From Laetmonice hystrix (lineage: Eukaryota): a DNA stretch of 64,000 nt. The DNA lies in NCBI GenBank assembly GCA_965235115.1, contig OZ249437.1:13764001-13828000 (forward strand). Direction: 5' to 3'. Positions 60,001 through 64,000 of this stretch are shown here, in pieces. The notes below the pieces were generated by a model that saw only the letters and a list, made by a program, of their open reading frames with translations, made no database searches and was not told the DNA's origin. The position numbers were made by a program, and so were the translations under genes. The stretch's first letter is position 1; every line of letters begins with the position of its first letter.

Positions 60001-62776
60001 TCTGAATTAGGCTTACTTCGTTAGGCTATGACGTTAAATTATTTTGAGGTCGGTCCAAAGAGTCAACCGCCATCTCACAGCTCTTACCATGCAGATTATG
60101 GAGGTAGACATCATGAGACACAAATCATGAAAAACCAGAACCTTGTTTTCCTACCCTGGGGCCAACAATGAGTACCCCCCCACTATTACAGTAACATGGA
60201 CCGGGGATTCAGAAGAAGACTGTGCGTGTACGGGCTGTATCAGTTCCACCTTACAAAAGTACAGAAAGGTCACACGTGACCAGTTGTATGGGTGCGGATT
60301 CAAATAACCACCCACAGCTATACAAAGATGATTTGTATTGTGTCATGGAATATTGAAACTTGTAACATAAAGGCGGGACAATTGTGAGTTATATCTGTTC
60401 GCTGTCTCCTTTAGTCAGTAGCGGTCACAATAGAACGTCTTTAACATATCAGTGCAGGATAATTGTAGACTCTATGGGAGGCGCATGAGCAAACTAAACA
60501 GTTAAAATTACACCGCACGTAACTTCGAAACACTTACCTGTCACCCGTAGCAACCTATTGACATTGTGAAGACACACTGTTGCTGCAGTACTGCAGTATG
60601 ATGATCTTTGTTAACTAGGATTCGGGTCGAAGGTATAATGATAATAGGAGGAATTTGAATTCGCCTGTTCTCTCCGAAAGTGGCGCTGCAAATGACGTCG
60701 AACAACATCCCATAATAGTCCCAAGTTCGAGGGAATGCTAACTTCTCTCCACCATATTTGAACATCCGCTTGCTTTGCCAATATGCCTCGGAGGAAAGGG
60801 CTTTTAAGTGACGAAAATCGATGTATCCAACAGAATCAGCTAAAATGCTGAAAAAGACAGCGGAAGTAGATCATCTGCGCACACATAAAAGAATTCGCCT
60901 GTTTTCGGCTGTTGACCGGTTTTCCAAAATAGCCTAGCGAAGCGGTTCGAAGACAGAGCGTTAGATCGCAACAGAGTCCGCTGAGCATTCTCACATTACA
61001 TGTGGTTGGTCTCACTTCAACTTATTTGAGTTTTGCATGTGATACTAAGCTGGTTTTACAAGTTTTTAAAACGGCGGATCTTTAAGCACCACGTCAAAAA
61101 CACAACACGTTCTCACTGAAGAGCGATTCTAGCTTCACTCAAGGCGTTCACCTCTCCGAGGTTCATTGTAACTTCGCCATGGGTGATTGTATTCCCTATT
61201 GGTTCTTTGAAACGTCAAGCTTTGTATGGTCCTATGGAAGGTACTTTAAGTTGAAGACGCTGATTCGTACTGGCGTTCTGTCGGCGCTGGATCCGTTCAG
61301 AGACAAGTAAAAAACACAATAATGTGCAGAAAGTATTGACAAATACTTCTACCTCTTATTATGACCATCTGGTTGTTGGCCAAGAGATTATGATCTTATA
61401 TCCTAAATTAGGTAGAAATATCATTGTTTTCCTTTGACTAATGACCAAACACACCAAGGCAAACTCGGTAAAAAGACGATCGTTTTTTTTCAATTGAATT
61501 GAAAATATTCGATAAGGATTTGGGTCACAGATTTCGCAAGGAACGATGCCTTTCTCATCCCTGTGTACAAGCGTGTCCTAGAGGCAGACTTGGCGGGGGG
61601 GGGGAGCAGTCCGTTTGTTTGGCAGCAGTCCACACCACAGACTGAGTCTCGTTGAGTATATAGCCTACATAATTAGGTTTGTTACAATAACTGCTCCCTG
61701 ATAATTGTTCTCTTTCTGACCTTGTCGCATAGCTTCGCTGAAAAAAACCCGGCTTCGTTGGAGAAACCCAAGAATGTCAATACAGCTCGCCACATGAACA
61801 AAACGAATCGGCCATGCACCGACAAAGCCGATTTTCCCCGGTAGGATCCCTTGGTTTTTGTTTGTCTGGATACTATTTACTGGAGGCAGGGTTCGAACAT
61901 TTGAAAAAATGGGGAGTGGGGTGCGGCTGGAAGACTGAACCGATTGTACAGATTATTTACAACGTGGTCTGAGTAACAATGGTATTTGCCACATCATTTT
62001 GAGAGATAACATCAAGAAGATGGTAGATAAGAGGACACTTTCCCTAATCACTGTCTGCCGCAGTCTCCATCTTAGCAAACCTCTAACTCACCCTCGCTTC
62101 ATCGAGTGAAGACAAATGTGTATACGGGACTGCATAATTAGAGAACAAAAATTAGCACCATCGCAGGAAAAACCCAACGTTGAGGTCGTAGGAAGGCAGC
62201 AATGAAGGCAGTCAATATATCTAATAATATATAATATGGTGACTTTAAAAGAAATCCCATGGAAACAACATAAGATCTGCAGATGCGCGCTTTTTTGGCA
62301 TATGAAAGAGAAACTCCTAAAGTTTTTTTCTTTTTTTAGCAGTCTAATCAATATTCCATATGAATCTTGCCCGCAAAACATCGAGATGATATTCCGGTTC
62401 ATGCCTTGTATAATAGTCGAGTTTAAATCAATTGATACCATCACGTATTCTGGTTTTGAACGTGTCTAACCGTCTCTGATAACATATATAATATATGCCC
62501 TTCTTAAAGTCACATATGGTTGATGGCAGCTTTTAAGGATAAAAGATAATATCGATTTTCTTATATTATTTGGAGAGGCTTATGTATCTGGTTCACAATT
62601 ATCATAAGTCTTTAAAAAAACACGTTAAATACACACTAACTAGTAGAAGACACTGTGATGATGGCACATTGGACACGGTTATTAAAAACCTGTATGGTGA
62701 GCGCCATCTAATCTACCAACGGCTTACCCCAGAAACCATTATGAAATATATGTACGAAACTGACCACCTTCCACTC
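56831..62776 (-). CDS. Uncharacterised multi-exon protein-coding gene (>=6 exons, 5' end unresolved) carrying a frameshifting 8-bp duplication: null allele or young pseudogene
   Basis: Exons 62776-62728, 62129-62092, 61865-61721, 60839-60538, 59643-59569 and 57066-56831 all have GT-AG borders with consecutive phases 1,0,1,1,1. Joined product: EWKVVSFVHIFHNGFW-VPYTHLSSLDEAR-TNKNQGILPGKIGFVGAWPIRFVHVASCIDILGFLQRSRVFFSEAMRQ-ADSVGYIDFRHLKALSSEAYWQSKRMFKYGGEKLAFPRTWDYYGMLFDVIC...DHHTA/ATVCLHNVNRLLRVT-GCWKLGNWNRRLCSIFVSPVFLEAK-ELQFTERFFLDQFGERKLPILTVLLSMDPY...FTKHV*. AATAAA (minus strand) lies ~150 nt past the stop. Confidence 0.75.
57110..57322 (-). mobile_element. tRNA-derived SINE-like element with a 4x tandem B-box segment
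   Basis: The minus strand reads (GGGTTCGAACCCCTCCGATAATGACCTGCAAGGTCGGT)x4, then GGTTTCTCCGGGTACTCTGGTTTC, which resembles the V/Meta-type SINE central domain. Units are 38-39 bp at 57144-57297. Confidence 0.7.
58471..58620 (+). mobile_element. Degenerate tRNA-derived SINE-like copy
   Basis: A-box-like GTAGCTAAGGGT (~58479), B-box GGTTCGAATCCC (58517) and central-domain-like GGTTTTGCCGGGTAGTCCGGT (58579). Confidence 0.55.
59569..59643 (-). CDS. Unknown gene, exon E
   Basis: CTAAT branch-like site ... caatcacag | (G)CWKLGNWNRRLCSIFVSPVFLEAK | gtaaca; 75 nt, phase 1-1. Confidence 0.68.
60538..60839 (-). CDS. Unknown gene, exon D (frameshifted; 302 nt, 294 nt without the duplication)
   Basis: tttttcagcattttag | (A)DSVGYIDF... 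with a strong donor CAG|GTAAGT. Premature TGA at 60543-60541; CTGCAGTA is duplicated at 60583-60598. Confidence 0.78.
61721..61865 (-). CDS. Unknown gene, exon C
   Basis: gtatccag | TNKNQGILPGKIGFVGAWPIRFVHVASCIDILGFLQRSRVFFSEAMRQ | gtcaga; 145 nt, phase 0-1. The acceptor is weak. Confidence 0.68.
62092..62129 (-). CDS. Unknown gene, exon B
   Basis: tttttgttctctaattatgcag | (V)PYTHLSSLDEAR | gtgagt; 38 nt, phase 1-0. Confidence 0.7.
62728..62776 (-). CDS. Unknown gene, exon A (start uncertain)
   Basis: ctatagtgcag | EWKVVSFVHIFHNGFW | gtaagc; phase-1 donor. The frame is open upstream to ~62830, so the acceptor may lie further 5'. Confidence 0.58.
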
Positions 62777-62959
62777 CTGCACTATAGAGTAACTGTATGC
62801 ATACAAGATTCGGCAAGATAACATCGACTTTTAGATTTGGCGTGGCCATCAGCCTGACATCGTTGGCGATCCTGGACGGTGGAGCAGGACGCGCCCCGCC
62901 ACCGGAGATCTGGACCGTTTCCAAACAGATTTAATTTGTCAGATTCCAGCTGCCAGGGC

Positions 62960-63190
62960 CTGGAAGAAACGAGCATGGCCTCCTGTGTGGGCGGGGTGGG
63001 GCGACGTTTATCTGGACCAGATCGCTGCCCCTCAGTCTGTCTCGGTCCATGCCCTGTCTTAGATCGTATCGTACGTCTCCAAATCAAAATCCCGCAATCT
63101 CTCGGCCAACTCTCCCCCCGATGTCACGTGAGCCGTGACACTATCGCGAGCGCCAGAGACGTGTTTTCCCGCGTGAATTGAGTCCCAATA
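62960..63190. promoter_or_regulatory. CpG-rich candidate promoter of the unknown gene
   Basis: Dense CpG, GTCACGTGAG E-box (~63123) and TTTTCCCGCG E2F-like site (~63164), just upstream of exon A on the minus strand. Confidence 0.35.
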
Positions 63191-64000
63191 CTAGAATGTA
63201 GCATTTTAGATACAAAACAGGGCATAGGCCGGGCCGGGGGTGGGGGGGGGGGGGTAAATCTAAACTATTCGTGTAGTGTTGTTGGAGACTAGACCAGTAG
63301 AAAACGGCGCCTCAATATCGACCAGAGCCAACAGGGAAATTAGAACACATTAATCTAGATCTGCCGTAAATCGTTGGTAGTTTTGTAAACTGCTAAGATG
63401 TAAATCGCTGTATACCTCAGATTGTAGCAGCAGTAGGTCCGCATAAATCCATTTCTACATCTATTTCTATGAATGATGTGCCTACATCAGTGCAGTTTAT
63501 GAAACATTTTCTATGTAATGAGACTGAAGGAGGGGAGAGGTGGCAGACCTCTTTACTCCTCATGGACTGTCACATGTACGGCATTTATTCACCATTCCCC
63601 TTGTTTTATGAGGATGAATGGTAGTTTGGTTAAGTGTAATGACGCCAGGGCAGAGTCGTGCCGCCATAACGGACAAACTATCAGTTCTCCCCGGCCCCCT
63701 CCCCCGGCCCTCTTCCCTCACCTCCTAGCCGATCTGTGATAGGGTTACCTATTGGAACAGCTCCGGTTCTTGTATCAAAGGAACACAAAGGGTGTCGACC
63801 CGTACGAATGGTGACATGACCCCTTATTTTACATCGGACCGAGAAAAGGTCGGAATGCCATGGGGGCTTTTTGTTACAATCCACATGGCAGGTTTAATTA
63901 GAGGGAGTGCACATTACAATCAGGCGCGAGGACGGTAAGTCGAGTCGCCCCAGCCAAGAGGCTAAGACGCTTCCGACCTAGAGCAGAAATTATTACTGGC

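Larger units (their letters stand above)
59104..61570. repeat. Diverged inverted-repeat pair (~165 bp arms: 59104-59267 and 61409-61570) in introns of the unknown gene
   Basis: GTTCCTTGCAAAATCTGTGACCCAAATC...GATCGTCTTTT...TTTGGTCAT-AGTCAA-GGAAAAC...ATATTTCTACCTA aligns to the reverse complement of 61409-61570, roughly 80% identical by eye. Confidence 0.85.

Noticed and set aside
62088-62444. 118-aa minus-strand ORF
   Set aside because: It overlaps exon B in a different frame and runs through AT-rich intron-like sequence.
62439-62475. 37-nt candidate exon (RRLDTFKTRIRD) phase-compatible with exon B
   Set aside because: The donor is weaker (GTATCA) and it cannot follow exon A in frame. Kept only as an unresolved alternative.

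Overview
Repeat-rich metazoan genomic DNA with spliceosomal introns and two N gaps. The receptor family present suggests a lophotrochozoan, probably an annelid (inference). Three protein-coding loci are supported, all on the minus strand. (1) An intronless rhodopsin-class peptide-receptor-like GPCR (2150-3100). (2) A 7-exon, ~42-kb gene for a ~460-aa type I membrane receptor: signal peptide, SUEL/Gal-binding lectin, CUB, sushi-like domain, TM and a Tyr-motif tail (8011-50424). (3) A multi-exon gene of unrecognised family, assembled by splice-phase matching (56831-62776, 5' end unresolved). Its largest exon is frameshifted by an exact 8-bp tandem duplication, and that exon and the next are bracketed by an intronic inverted-repeat pair. 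Mobile DNA includes a decayed LINE, two 5-bp-TSD MITEs, an IS3EU-like MITE (TAC..GTA ends, 6-bp TSD), a Tc1/mariner-like MITE and two tRNA-derived SINE-like copies. There is also a 5.9-kb non-coding element with an X-Y-X...Y end arrangement, asymmetric inverted repeats and TT boundaries (Helitron2/Helentron-like tandem, or Ngaro-like split direct repeats). Several minisatellite arrays crowd the receptor's first intron. All alignments were done by eye; no database searches were run.
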